Shown: positions 1 through 12,737, counted from the first letter of the whole stretch. The stretch is DNA of 63,635 bases, filler included, from Folioceros fuciformis (GCA_049999805.1; 15 parts of 15 records of this genome joined end to end with filler, not necessarily neighbours in it), one strand, 5' to 3'. Program-made: numbers and translations. The notes: a model not told the origin generated them from the sequence alone.

Positions 1-295
1 GGCCATAGGCCAAGGACAAATTAAGGCTAGGATTGTTGCTCCTGGGCCGAAGGCCAAGGAGATCGCAGGCAGGCGGAAGCTTAGTGACCTAGCTTGGTAG
101 ACAGGCTAGGTAGGCATGCAGCTATGCGGCTACTGCGCGACATCTGCCTACCCTCTTCGATCAGCGTTGCGCTAATCATTTTATTCACTATAACTGATTG
201 AACACCTTGTAAACTACTACCTTATTCCAAGAGTCTCTAAGTTTAGGTAATAAGATTGCCACCACTAACTCTTCTAAAATGCTAATTCCTAGAGC

Positions 296-640
296 TTAAA
301 ATTTCATTGTCCAACTACAAAACATTGTGGCATGGTGGTCAACCTGATCACCCCCAAGCATATGCAAACCAAAGTAATTTTTTATTGCATGTATTGTGTG
401 CATGATATCCTTCGCATCATAAATGTTGTGGAGTTGTTTCCACGCGTCGGTGGCAGTTTTGGTGCTTTGCAATTGTTGCACGTTCTCTTGTCTTATGCCT
501 TCTATGGTAATGTTGTGTGCTTCTTGATTCTTATCTTTACATTCTTCATTTCTTGCAGTTGATCTTCTTGCAAAAAATGAAAATGATGCTAAAGGGTTTT
601 TAGTGCTACATACATAGCCCTACAATTTTCTTTCCTTGAG
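296..640 (-). mobile_element. Degenerate Ty1/Copia gag remnant
   Basis: Minus-strand ORF 296..481 (QLQSTKTATDAWKQLHNIYDAKD...) resembles the UBN2-type gag helix. Flanks are AT-rich and broken by stops. Confidence 0.5.
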
Positions 641-2436
641 AATATTGGTAATTTGGAACTTCCAAACAGCGAAATGTTGTTCTTGGTAGCTGAACCTATC
701 TTCCTTTGACGACGAGAAGTTCGATATTAACATTTTGTATTATAAGGTGAAGGTTGAGTATATGATTGTGTCATTAACTTCTACTTGAAAGATAATTACT
801 ACGATGTGGATTTTGTGGCAGTGTAAAGTTTGGTCTAGGTTCCTAAATTTCTTGTGTTGAAATTGGGTGTGGGAAGTTAAGGTTGTTGTGATAGGATGCC
901 AAGTTGGTTGGCTATTTTGTTATGGTGATAGTATTAATGTATCTATGGAAGTGTAATAAGAATTGGTGTATCATTGTGGCTTGTCAAGGGAAGAAATTTG
1001 GATGTAACTCCAATAATAATTAATAGATTTTAGGTATCCCCTCACGCTTAATTCGCCTATGAATATAATATGGGATATCATTTGATCCACAAGTATTTCC
1101 AAATATATTCATTGGCTTTTCGTTAGGTATCTTAGTTCATTGTGCATTCTTTGCCATTTTAATTGTTCAGGTTTCTATCAACACATCTTTGTAGATATTG
1201 GTGTCGCTAATAGTTCGACATGTATGTGTGTTATGTAGAGCATAATTGCTAAGTGCAATTGATGGCAAGGACCACAATTATTGCTCTCGTACAATGTATA
1301 AATCACGATAGATGAGGCAGTTATGCCTTGTTGCTTAATGTAGAATGTGCAGCGTAATAATAGTTATGCCTTATTGCTTAATTTAGAACATGAAGTGTAA
1401 TAACAATTATACCTTGTTGCTTAATTTAGAACGTGAAGCGTAATAATACATAAAAGAATGATGCCCAAAAGTCATGTTTATTTTGTGAATGAGTTAAGAA
1501 TAGTCATATCTACTTAATTACGAAGTGTGCCATAAGAGTTGGTTGATAACTAGCTCAATATGTAGTAGACCTCAAGTAGCAGGCATAAAAGTCTAGCTTA
1601 ATGGTGTTCACTACTACAAGCTCGTAATCTCTTGTAGTCTTTTGAGTGCATCTTTTGAAGTTGCATTCTCTTGCTAGAAATCCCATTGAGGTGTGCGTGT
1701 ACATAGTGTGCAAGACCACATGACCCGATTGTAGATTTGAGAAGTCAAGTTATAGCTTCGAGAAATGTGCATGTAGGTGGTGTACATTTTTTAATGTGTA
1801 AAGAAAGCAAACACTTTACTTTTATGTGGCGCTATAGCACGAATAATGCAGTGATTAAGATGTGTCTCTGTGTGTGTCTGGCGTGAATAATTAGGGCGTG
1901 AATAATTATTAACTAATAAACCATATACAAGTACTATGTTCAGTGTCTCATAACTACCTTAGTTAAATGAATGAAGAATTAACTAGAGAAAATCGAACCT
2001 TTAAGAGTATTGAAGGATTGTCATTTTTACTCTCAAGATATAAAACTCCATTATATAAATAAAATTATAGAAATAATCATATCAAAAAATATTTATTAAA
2101 ATTTAATATATTTCCACCTAAGCTATTCCAACTTAGACTAGATCTTGTCATGCCTTGAACATAGACACAAGGCATTATCCTCGGACTTAAGTTTATTTTG
2201 ATATCAAATATAAGTATATAAATTATGTAATTTTAAATCCCATTAATTAAAATTCTTTACAAGCATAATGGATGGTGGTTGAATTGATTGACCAAGCAAT
2301 TGTCACAAATGTGATTGAATTATTGAGCAATCATTGAATGTTTGGATTACGTAAACACTCCTCTAATTTAAGAGGGTTTATTTGCACAATGAGAAACCCT
2401 CTTATTGGAGGACGATTTAGGGTCGATTTTTGGTTG

Positions 2437-5150
2437 TCAATTCCTGTCCCCACATGAGCAAAAGCCATCCACGAAATGATGCACTCGGTGCCCGTCTCGC
2501 ACAATAATATCTCGCCGTTCAATCCTCGACATGATTTTGGTGCCGGTGTGACAGTCATTACACATGCGCAGATTTTTGGTAACCAGCAATGTTGTGCCAT
2601 CTGGTGTGTTCAGGAGACCATACGCCAACGCTAGCTTCTCAGCATGTCCACACAACGTATCCTCCTTCCCTGAGCCAGGCACTGGCTCCAGCACCGAGCT
2701 TGTCGGCGAACTCTGACCTCTTTTCCTCGATAATTGTTGATTCGCATTCCTCAACTTGGAATGGATGTCATCCCTTCCTTCCCCTACAACGAACATGTGA
2801 ACCTTGCTGTCTACCTCGATCCAGGACCTTGCAGCTTTCTTACACGCGCCTGCAGACTTTCTAAGATTGTCTATCCTGTCCACATCCCTCCACCTACCTG
2901 CTTTAGCATAGATATTTGCCAAGAGTGCATAAGGAGCAGCATCCTGAGGATCTAGTCTGACGAGATGGTCAAAACATCGCCTTCCACGCTCCATATCACC
3001 ATGTGTGCTGCAGGCGCTCAGCAAGGATTTCCATCCTGCAGTGTCTTTGTTGGAGGGTAAATTTCGAAGCATACTTTCTGCTTCTGCGAGATGGCCTGAC
3101 CGGCCAAGAAGATCGGCCATGCAGTTATAGTGCTGTATTCTTGGTGTTATGGCATGGTCCTCCTTCATCATCCTAAGAAACTGCTCACCTTCAGTCACCA
3201 GGCCCTCGTGACTGCATGCTAACATTAGACACAGAAAAGTTGCATCATCCGGCACAACCATTTGGTGTAGCATCTCCTGGAAACACTGTATTGCCTTTCG
3301 TGCCAGATTATGCTGGGCATATCCATGCAGCAGAGCATTCCATGTGCAAACATTTGTTGTGGCCAGTCTGTTCAACACTGTGCGTGCGTCGTCAAGGCTT
3401 CCACACTTTGCATACATGTCTACTAGGCTGCAGCTAACAACAGGATCATCTTCTAACCCTCGTGCTTGTATTTGACAGTGAAGCAGCCTCCCCTGATGTA
3501 AGGCTCCAATGCTGGTACAAGCTTTCAGAAGGCAAGCGAATGTGGCACTATTGGCAGGAGTTCTAGCCTCTTCTTGCATTCTAGCATAGAGACTGAGAGC
3601 CTCTTGACCGAGCCCACGCTGGGCGTATCCTGCCATCAAGGCAGTCCATGTCACGACATCTTTAGCAGGCAGCCTGTCAAATACTCTGCAAGCATCGTCC
3701 AAGCTCTCACACTTCACATACATGTCCACCAGACTGTTTCCTACAGCCACGTCATTTTGCAGGCCTGTTTCCTGAATCAGAAGATGAAGCTTCCTGCCCT
3801 CGTGCAGAGCTCCAACACTGGCACATGCCTTGAGGAGGCTTGAAAACGTATAATTGTCTGCGTGACTGATGCCTTCCCGTTGCATACTTTTGTACAGGGA
3901 GAGGGCTTGCTCACCTAGCCCACGCTGAGAATATCCTGTGATCATTGTATTCCATGTCACCACATTCTTTTCCAGCAATCTGTCAAAGACTCGGCGAGCA
4001 GCCTCTAAGCAACCACATTTTAGGTACATGTCCACCAGGCTGGTGCCAACATAAGTATCAGTTTCAAGTCCTCTTCTGCAAATCTCGGAATGAAGCTGCT
4101 GTCCTTGATGCAAATCTGCAACAGTAGCACATGCATTCACAAGAATCACAAAAGCGGCTTCATGAATCATGCCCCCTTTTAGCCCAGCTGCAAAAAGGGC
4201 AAGGGCCTCTTGCACCAACCCATGTTGAGCATATCCTCCTAACATGGCACTCCAAGTGACAGCATTTTTCGTTGCTAACCCGTCAAACATTCTGCGGGCA
4301 TCCTGTAAGCTGCCACATTTTGCATACATGTCTACAAGGCTGCTTCCAACAAACACGTTAATCTCAGCACCACTCCGACGAATGTCAGCATGAATTTCCC
4401 TCCCAGCATCTGCATCCGCTGTGCTAGCACAAGCCTTGAGTACCGTGACATACATCACCTCGTTCGGCCTCACACCCATCTGCCGCATCTGCTCGTAAAG
4501 CATCAAAACCTCTGTGTACTGTCTATGTTCAGCATATGCGGCAATTATGAATCCCCATAACGAGAGATTTGGAGCATGCACTCCCTTGAAGACCTCCATC
4601 GCTTCTTGCAGACTCCCAGTGCATGAATACATTCGAATCAAGTGGCATGCTAGGAACGAATTTGTCTCGTATCCAATTCTCCGCGCCAGGACATGAACGC
4701 TTCTGCCAGAAGGCAGATCTTTGTGGGAAATGCATGTCTTCAGCACATAATACAGGACAGACACGGGTAAGCGGAATTGATGAGAGTTCAGCAGCTCCAA
4801 AGCCTCCACGGCTTCACTGAGCCGTCCTTCGTTACAAAGATGGTAACAGGCCTGAACGTCCGGCTCGCTGGACCGCCTGTTGTTGCCCCAGATGACCTCC
4901 CGGGTCCATGGCTCCACTGCAAGGCCAGATAACATGCGACTTTTAGCTTCGTAGGTACAGGGCACAGAAAGAGATCAAGGGGACGGCACTCACAAAATTT
5001 TCGTTGCTGTTCAGTAGTTTGCACCGATGAGCGATATCTCCACCAATGCTCTACAGGCTCCAACTGACTTGCCAGACAAGAAACTTGTCTGCGAAAGCTC
5101 CACTTGTTTGCCAACACAAGCTGAGCACCCAAAGCTGAGCATTTCCTCAT
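2437..5150 (-). CDS. PLS-class PPR protein with E and DYW-family deaminase domain, DYW:KP-like variant (organellar RNA-editing factor); 2 exons
   Basis: P/L/S repeats (e.g. VFVGSSLVDMYAKCGSLQDARRMFD, VVTWTALMAGYAQRG), E domain, and deaminase motifs HAEKLA...NLRMCNDCH...HHFVDGFCSCGDRN. Predicted exon 1 is 5150..4994 (targeting-peptide-like), followed by a GTGAGT..GCAG intron 4993..4917. Exon 2 (4916..2437) joins in frame (KF-L-EPWTR). Confidence 0.95.
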
Positions 5151-7203
5151 ATGTTTCTGAAGATCGGAGTCCCGTCCGTGACCATGAACCTGCCAGAGGG
5201 TCTTATACGTATGCTGGCGGCTTACCGAGCAATGGAGCCTCCTCGCGTAATTGTTACCCTGGCCAGGTCACCAATCACTTGTCCTGTGTTTGGTTTCCTT
5301 GACTTGTGAACTTCTGCCTGAACCTGTTTTCTGAGGATTATGCTGGCCTGCGCAGAGATCTCGGTGGTGGATCCCTGGACCATGTGGCCCAGACCGTTTT
5401 CCTAAACAACTGCTGCCTCGATCAAGTGGGTTAGACTGAAAGTCCCTGACTCTCTTTGCTGGCATTTTACTCATGGATTTCTCCTCATAGAACTTTCTCC
5501 GTCATCTTGGTTTGAAGCTCTGCAGAAGGTATCCTCCCAGCAAGGACTACGTGAGACGTGTGCTGAAGGAGTTCATATTGGCTGCTGAGCAAGACGGGCA
5601 TGAGGTTGAAGAAGGACTCTACGAGCAGCATGCAGCCCTCTTACATCTTCCCACGGTAAGGCATGGCATGAGGGAAAGAGAGTTTCTGAGGCACGCCGCC
5701 AAGGTTGAATGTGTTCAGGTCATAGTGAGAACTGTGTTGAATATCAGCATTCACAGATATGCCTCTAAATTTGCTGCCTTCTTGTCAGTTCAGGAGGTCC
5801 TGGACATCGAGACAAAGTGCTACAGAACGTACTCCTATGCTGTACCCGAGGACTCGACCTTGTATCTGGCAGGGGTTCGGGGACTTGACATGGTGCCAGG
5901 ACCAGCTTACGGAGTGGTCACACTAAGGGTGTCCCACAGCATGCTGGAAGCAGATACTGGGTGAGGTCTAGACTCCTGCAATCTCATAATGTCCTGCAAG
6001 ATTTCTTTCTGAAGCCCTTTTTTGTCACTGTGCCTGCTTCAATACATGCTGTGTGTTCTCGTTCAGGTGCTGGTCGTGGACTGCGGGTCTTTATCTGACT
6101 GAGTTTGTGTTAACTTTCCCACAGCTGTTTAACCAGAAATACTGCCTCGAGGTTCTCTTGCAGATTTTTCTTCAGTACTGACCCTGTACGGTCATCTTTC
6201 TTTCATGGTACATGCATCTGCGTGTCTTGTTTCTTCTCACTGTCAGAACTGCCGCCATGTTCACAGCTTGGTTCAGGTGCTGGACTGGCAGGAATCGCCC
6301 TTAGCCGACTATCACCCTCAAAGGTTCGGCTCGTTTGGCAGAACTGTAACCCAATGTCTTATAAGACCTTCCCTTTCCAAGGCTAAGACACTCCTCACTA
6401 AGGATAGCTCTTCCTTCTCATCTCATCTCTTCTCTTCTGTTCTCCTCTCCTCCCCTCGGTGTGAGAGGCTTGGTAACAAGCTGTTCTCATTTTCTGGATA
6501 CTGGCAGGTGGTATTGAGTGACGGTAGTTTACCTGCCTTGGCCAATTTGAAGCAGAACTTGGAGATAAATGGCATCCCACACGCACAGGGGGGGAGGCCT
6601 CCATCCGCAAACAACACTAGCTGCAGCACTGATGTAAGTCCTCCACAAAGTCAGCCTTCGTACTAATCCACAAGATCAGACGTCCTGAGATCTAACTTTT
6701 CTTTGGTCAGGTGTCTTGCCAAAACATTTCTTGGGAAACAGTAGCAGAGGAAGAGCTGGAATCTGTCCACGCCGACATCATGTAAGCACTAGTCGTAACC
6801 CAGCTGGTTGCCAGTGGATGGCTCACGATGTATCCACTTGAAGCAATGGCCTCACCATAACGATGGACTGTAACCCGGTTGCAGCTTAGCAGCAGACGTG
6901 GTGTACGACCCAAAATGCATTCCCCACCTGGTCCGTGTTCTGCAAGTTCTACTGCGAAGGTCAGGCTCAGCAGGCATGGCAGGACTGCACCATGCAAATA
7001 AGAGTGGCAGCTCTTCCAGCCCTGTAGCGTTCATCGCATCTGTGGTGAGAAACGAGAGCACAATGGGCATGTTCCTAGAGGGATTGAAGTCTGCAAACCT
7101 GTGTGCTCTCGATGTCACAGAGGTGATGCGGCCTCAGAAGTGCCTCCTTGAGCTTAGCGCTTTGGATAGATCGCAGGTCACCTTACTTCAAATTCATGCT
7201 TAA
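5151..7203 (+). CDS. Protein-lysine N-methyltransferase, EEF2KMT/FAM86-like (multi-exon)
   Basis: Spliced peptides in order: MLAAYRAMEPPRVIVTLAR / DLGGGSL..NNCCLDQ / RYPPSKDYVRRVLKEFI..EEGLYE (FAM86 N-domain) / MLEADTG-CWSWTAGLYLTEF / LGSGAGLAGI (SAM-binding motif I, ~6267-6323) / VVLSDG..LANLKQNLEING / ADVVYDP / ASVVRNEST. Start is ATG 5151 or the in-frame ATG 5184. Confidence 0.88.
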
Positions 7204-7355
7204 TCCTGTCAAGTCAATCGATCACTCCATGGCTGGAGAAGAGAAAATCCTGGTTTTCCGCACATGGAAACAATGCGAGTCACAGAAAGGTCCAAATCAT
7301 TTATGCTTGGTTTCTACTATTTCTAGACTTTACAATTCCCGGACAAACATTAATG

Positions 7356-9126
7356 TCAATGAGAGTGGGACTTATCGCGCGCCATCAGAAGCTTCAGCGA
7401 CGGGTATCCCAATATGAGGGTTTGTAAGAACCAAGGTACTTGATTTTCGGGCTCTATCCTTCTTGCCACTGTGAAAGCGTACGCTGCTTGCACGCTATGG
7501 AGGAGGAGGGACATAAGGACCGTCAATTGCATAGCTTCATATGACCTGAAAACCGTGAGAGCGGCGGACTGCACAGGCTGCAGGGGACCGAGCGTCTCTG
7601 CTGACAAGAATCCCGACAAGGACAACCAGATAACGCTCGCCACGATGGATATCCAGATGGAAGCAGGCGGCGATTCCACTGTTTGCACCGTGCGTCTCTT
7701 CCAGAATGCGAGTGTGCGCGTCATGCCTACCTCTTTTCCCACAATCGGCACGTATTGAAGATCACGTTCCGCCCTTGAGTTTGAGAAGAAGTGAGTGACA
7801 CCCGCCTGCCATGCCGTGAAGCCGAGCATCATCGATTAGAGGATGCGGAATCCATGGCAGCCATGGCACAGGCCTGCATGCTTCAAACTACGCATTTCAA
7901 AGTGAAAGGAGCTGCAGAAAACAGAAGCGTACCTCGTGGACGTCTGCTGGAAGAATGAAGGGTTCGGGGAGCCAAGATAATCCCAGCACCGAATTCAAAA
8001 CTTTGTACAAGCCAAATGTAAAAGACCCCATGCGCATAGCGGTGTTCACACTCAGTTCACGATCCGGATACTTGTAGCCCAGGCCTTCCACAAGGGGCCG
8101 CAGAAACTCGAACGTGTTGACGGGAGCACCTGTGCAGGAGAAATCCAAGCGGTTTAGCGAGAACGTAACGGTGAAGTGCTAAAATCGTCTTCAGATGGAA
8201 GACCCTGTTAGGCTCTTTACCGTCAGAGATGAAGTACACTTGGCCGCATGGCGGGGCATTCGAGTCCACAGCCTCCAGAAGGGCCCGGCTTGCCAGCAGA
8301 TGCGCGTGCACAAGATTGTCAAGGTACACCCAGTCCGTCTGCACGTCAGTTCCTCCCACCCTGAACTTGAGAAGGCCCCATTTCGCATACTTCAGAAGGC
8401 GGGGAATGTGATGCCCTTCGCCGGGGCCGTACAGAGCAGCGGGCCGGATCACACAAGTCCGCAACACTCCCTTGCTCGTCCTGCAACACATTTACATTCC
8501 AGGCCATCGGAAACGCGCACAGCCAGACTCCGCAGTCCGCCATCATACCGAGCAAGTCATGCGGTTGCGAACAAGTGTGCACAAAGCAAGAATGACTCAA
8601 AATCTCTGGATCGCACAACTACACACCGGAGCGCAGTGTTGTTAGCCCTGCGGACAAGCTGCTCAGCAGCCGCCTTGGTGCGGCCAAAATCATCTGCTGA
8701 AAAATAGGGCAAGCTCTCTTCTCCGTCACGGATCTCCTTGCCTCCGAACACAACGTTACTGGTGCTGGTATAGACCAATCTCGGGACGCCGTGCTCGATG
8801 CAGCTGTCCAGGACGACCCGAGTGCCGTCCTCATTCACTTCTTCCATCCGCCGAGCCTGCAGCATTTCCTTGCCAGTCCTCCCAAAGGACGCCACATGGA
8901 ACACGCAGCTGGCGCCTTTCATGGCCTTCTCCAAATCCTCCTTCCTTCTCACGTCGCCTGCACCATTCCATCCGGCGAACCGAGCTTTGATAAATCACAT
9001 CCATGAAAAACAACACGCATTCAATTTTCCGCCATGGGATTCAAATCTTCCAGCAGCCTACCAGTGACGCTGACCACGCCCCGAGCTTGGAGCTCGGACA
9101 GCCAGGGAGATGACGTAGCCACGTCC
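7356..9126 (-). CDS. SDR42E1-like 3-beta-hydroxysteroid dehydrogenase family protein with C-terminal TMEM254/DUF4499-like membrane domain; 5' end cut by contig edge
   Basis: Exons encode GDVRRKEDLEKAMKGASCVFHVASFG..VNEDGT..RLVYTSTSNVVFGG, LRTCVIRPAALYGPGE, DWVYLDNLVHAH..GQVYFISDG, and a hydrophobic C-terminus ..WFLQTLILGYPSLKLL. Introns are GT-AG. Confidence 0.88.
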
Positions 9127-9226
9127 NNNNNNNNNNNNNNNNNNNNNNNNNNNNNNNNNNNNNNNNNNNNTTAATTAATTAANNNNNNNNNNNNNNNNNN
9201 NNNNNNNNNNNNNNNNNNNNNNNNNN
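9127..9226. other. Artificial contig spacer (N44-TTAATTAATTAA-N44), first of 14
   Basis: Identical 100-nt blocks start at 9127, 14245, 16705, 20259, 30674, 37874, 41061, 45788, 53808, 55440, 56939, 58731, 60175 and 62504. The core gives stops in all six frames. Confidence 0.98.
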
Positions 9227-9516
9227 CACTCTCATTTCGTGCCCAATATGGGATAAATGACCCCAAACCCTACAATACTTTTTTGCCTAACATAGCAAAG
9301 TCTAATAAGCTATATATATATATATTAATTGTAACCTTAATCACTCTTACCACTAATTAGTACAAACTCAATAAGTTGGATTAACAGAGCCTGCCCAAAG
9401 GAGGGACGATAAGGAGGCAACCCAGCAAAGGTTGAGCCAGTCTTGCACACCTATGAACTAGAGACCGGAGCGGCACTCAAGGCTGGACACTCACGGGGGA
9501 AGTCTGAGGGAGTATC

Positions 9517-9809
9517 TGAAAGAACACTCTAAGAGCCATATGGTGAAGGAGAGGAGAGGAGGAGGCAAGGAGGAGAGGAGAAAGAGAGGTCACACCCTCA
9601 CAATAGAGTTCCTATACAAGGGAGCTCAAGGGGGTACTTATACCCCATAGAAGAGCTCCCTAGGGAGCTTCACAAGAAGCGCACAGGAAGTTGCGTAAGA
9701 AGCTCCCTACAGATTAGCTTAAGCTAATCTAAACTAATTGTATTTAATTAGACACTAATCTTAGACTGAACACATTAGTCTAAGCACATTGGGCTTTAAT
9801 AACCCTACA
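9517..9809 (-). mobile_element. Solo LTR (Copia family A) with 5-bp target-site duplication
   Basis: TG..CA ends and perfect GTATC on both sides (9512-9516, 9810-9814). Homologous to the 3' LTR at 12738-13187 and to 17235-17528. Confidence 0.9.
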
Positions 9810-10447
9810 GTATCAAAACCCCAAGGCTGGGGAACGCACAAGGCTTAGAGCTAGGCTGGAGTTTGATGAGCGGGTGCCACATCAGGAGGGTGTTGAGGAC
9901 GGCATGAGTATCCCAGACTGCATGCAAGCGCTTGGAGCATAGATTAGTCAGGAATGTTTTGAAGGAGCAGAGGTAAAGGGTGCTCCTACGGCTCAGCAAG
10001 GTGAAGAGAATTCTACAAGGGACGAGTTGCATGAAGGAGGCAAGGTGACTTAGGAAGGCGACACTGGGGTATCACCGGATGTGTGGAGAAACATAGGGAA
10101 GTCGACTCAGGTTGGAGCAGGGCTTAGGCAGTCGCTGGAGAAGTACTCCGTCGGTGTGGAAAGGATGGACAGGCGGGAGATCCTTCAGCTCTGGCGGCAA
10201 CACCAGGCCTCTCAGGAGGGGTTGGGCACCAGTCCTGACAGGGAACGATCAGTCTGTCTTGCTTCCGAGACTGAAGAGGAAGGGAACGGGGAGGTTGTGG
10301 CGGAGATCCAACTTGCTGGAGGAGCCAGAGCCCTGGACCAGACCAAGCGAATCTGGTCAGGGCTTAGGGCTCTGCTGGGTGAAGGACCACGTGACCCAGC
10401 ACTAAGGAACTATTGGAGAAACCTAGGTTTAAGCGCTGCCTGATACC

Positions 10448-11990
10448 CGTTACCGAATTAGGGCACGTTTCATAAACTCACTAGTTAAACACAGCTTAGA
10501 GGTTCGAACAATTAAGTAGGTTACTCAAGTTACTAACTGATCAATCATGGTTATAACTAAATACACTTTGTATTTAAGTCGTATCATTAATGCTCAAATA
10601 ATCAATTCCAAGGGATTGTTGTCCCGCTACATGGTATCAGAGCTTCAGGCTCCTTTCCCCATGGCTTCGCCACTGCTTCCCGTCATTGACAGTGCACATC
10701 TCACAACGATGGGTCAGCAGCAATCGAAGAATCCAGTGGACCAGAGATCCTAATCAGGAAAAAATGCCAAGGTGATGCACCTCCACGACTCTCGCCCCAA
10801 TATGCCGCACTCCGCTCCTGAAGGGAGACGTTTCATCAACATTATAGAGAAGCCAATCCATGACGAGCGACACCACCGTCGGTGGACTACGCCAACTGCC
10901 AGCACACCTATCAGCATTCCAGCCACGGCCGCCCTGATTAGTCCCATCTCTCACCCACACGGACGCACGTACACTGCCTCCTCCCTAGCCAGCGTACTAG
11001 CCACACCTAACTACTTGAGAATTCAATTGGACTGCATAGAGTCACAACTCGAGGCCCTGCACATTGCAATTAATCAGATTTCCTTCTACATACAAATGTA
11101 AATCACACACTCCTCACCTTTTTCGCTAGTCATAATTTGAGGCCCCGCAGCCTTTTATGCCCAAATTCGATCCGCTCTCCCTTCATACCACAAAGCCCCT
11201 TGCAAAGAAACTCGCAATTAAATCAGCCATGACCTATTCCGTCCCTAACCCCACTACTACGGTGATTAACACCACAAAAGTAGAATTTAGAGACCGTGAT
11301 CGCTTCAACGGAAGCGAGTACGATATCTGGCAAATGAGAATCACAACCCTGTTAGAAGAACATGACATAATGTCAATCACAGATAGCACTCTGCCACAGC
11401 CCTCGCTCACCTCTACCACACAAGCTACCCTTGACCATATAGCTGCATGGGACAAGAAAGACAAGAGGGCTCGCAACATCCTGATATCTGCAATTGACAA
11501 AACAATGCTACAGCACACCCAAGGTCAGACGACCTCACATGATGTGTGGAAAGCTTTTAATGACATGTTCCAGGCACAGAGTTCAATGTCTCTAATCAAT
11601 GCCACAAGACAGTTCTACTCACTGAGGATGAAGGACAGTGAGAGCGTATAGCAACATGTAAACATCTTCCGGTCCTTGCGAGCGAAGCTCTCCAACAGTG
11701 GCACCGTCATTACCGAACTTCAGGCAGCAATCGCCCTTCTAACGTCTTTACCTATATCATACAGGAACTTCGTTAGCTCACAAAATGCAGCCCCTAGGCA
11801 AGCAATTCAGGCAGCAAGTGCAAACGCACCACCAGCCTACACCTTTTCATACGTGATTTCAGCACTGCTTGAGGAAGAATCCAGCAGAATCAGCACCTCA
11901 TGCAATAATGTTGGAGTAAGCCACGTCCTCTTCACTTCCAGAGGTCGAGGAAATAGGCGCGGTGGAGGACGAGGAGGTTTTCCTAACTGA
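10448..11990 (+). mobile_element. Ty1/Copia 5' part: LTR, tRNA-Met PBS, leader ORF and gag (premature stop)
   Basis: PBS TGGTATCAGAGC at 10632. gag 11157..11990 (RFNGSEYDIWQMRI..WDKKDKRARNIL..DVWKAF..RGRG) is broken by TAG at 11649-11651. Confidence 0.85.
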
Positions 11991-12073
11991 AGAGGCCCAC
12001 CTTCTCCAAGCTTCTCGGGCTTCCCAAGTCAATAGTTTTCACAAAATAGATCATGTTGTTACCACTCTGGCGG

Positions 12074-12737
12074 CGTTGACAGAAAGGAGCAAGAGAAGTT
12101 TAGGGCATAGTTTAGTTTAGAGTTATACGACTAACTCCAGCAGTTATTAGATATAGTTAAAACGACCAAAACAGTCAAGCAGTTTAGGCGATCCAACCGC
12201 GATGGTTTAACCGCAAACTAGAGCTACTTAAGACAGGCCCTCAACAATAATAATTATACTTTTCTCTCGCCACAGGTTTCTAAATGGTATCAAAGTTGAG
12301 TTGCTCCTCACTGCGCGTTTCCCGCTTCAGCACTCAAGGCCCGAGCCTCTAAGCCTAGGCCCCATGGCGCAAAGCAAGGCACGCCGAATCTCGAGCAACT
12401 AATCTTGAATTCCCCACGAGATGCCACGACGACGTACGCCACCCTCCAGTGCGCTGCGGGTGCCGCAGCCGCACCCAGCATCTGAACCCTGCAACGACCA
12501 AACAAGGCGCTCACCATACAGCGAACTCTCACGACCCCATCTCGAATTCTTCCCTGAGGATTACCTTCGAATCCAAATCGTTCGACTCGAATCTCAGATG
12601 GAAACAATAATCGCCATCATGCGCGACCTGTTCGCAGTCCATTGCCAATAAGACGGACGTCGCACACGCCCGCCTTTGATCCCCTATCGAAACACAATCT
12701 CCAGGGAAGAAAACAAGCTGATGACGACCAATCCAGT
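12074..12737 (+). mobile_element. Second LTR-retrotransposon 5' end (short LTR, PBS, leader ORF) nested after the gag above
   Basis: PBS-like TGGTATCAAAG at 12285. Leader ORF 12421..12651 shares the motif (D/N)YLRIQ...ESQ(L/M)E with ORF 10772..11101. Confidence 0.6.

Noticed and set aside
9127-9226. Recurring TTAATTAATTAA palindrome flanked by Ns (14 times)
   Set aside because: Artificial six-frame-stop linker between contigs. Adjacency across spacers, and ORFs containing X runs, carry no biological meaning.
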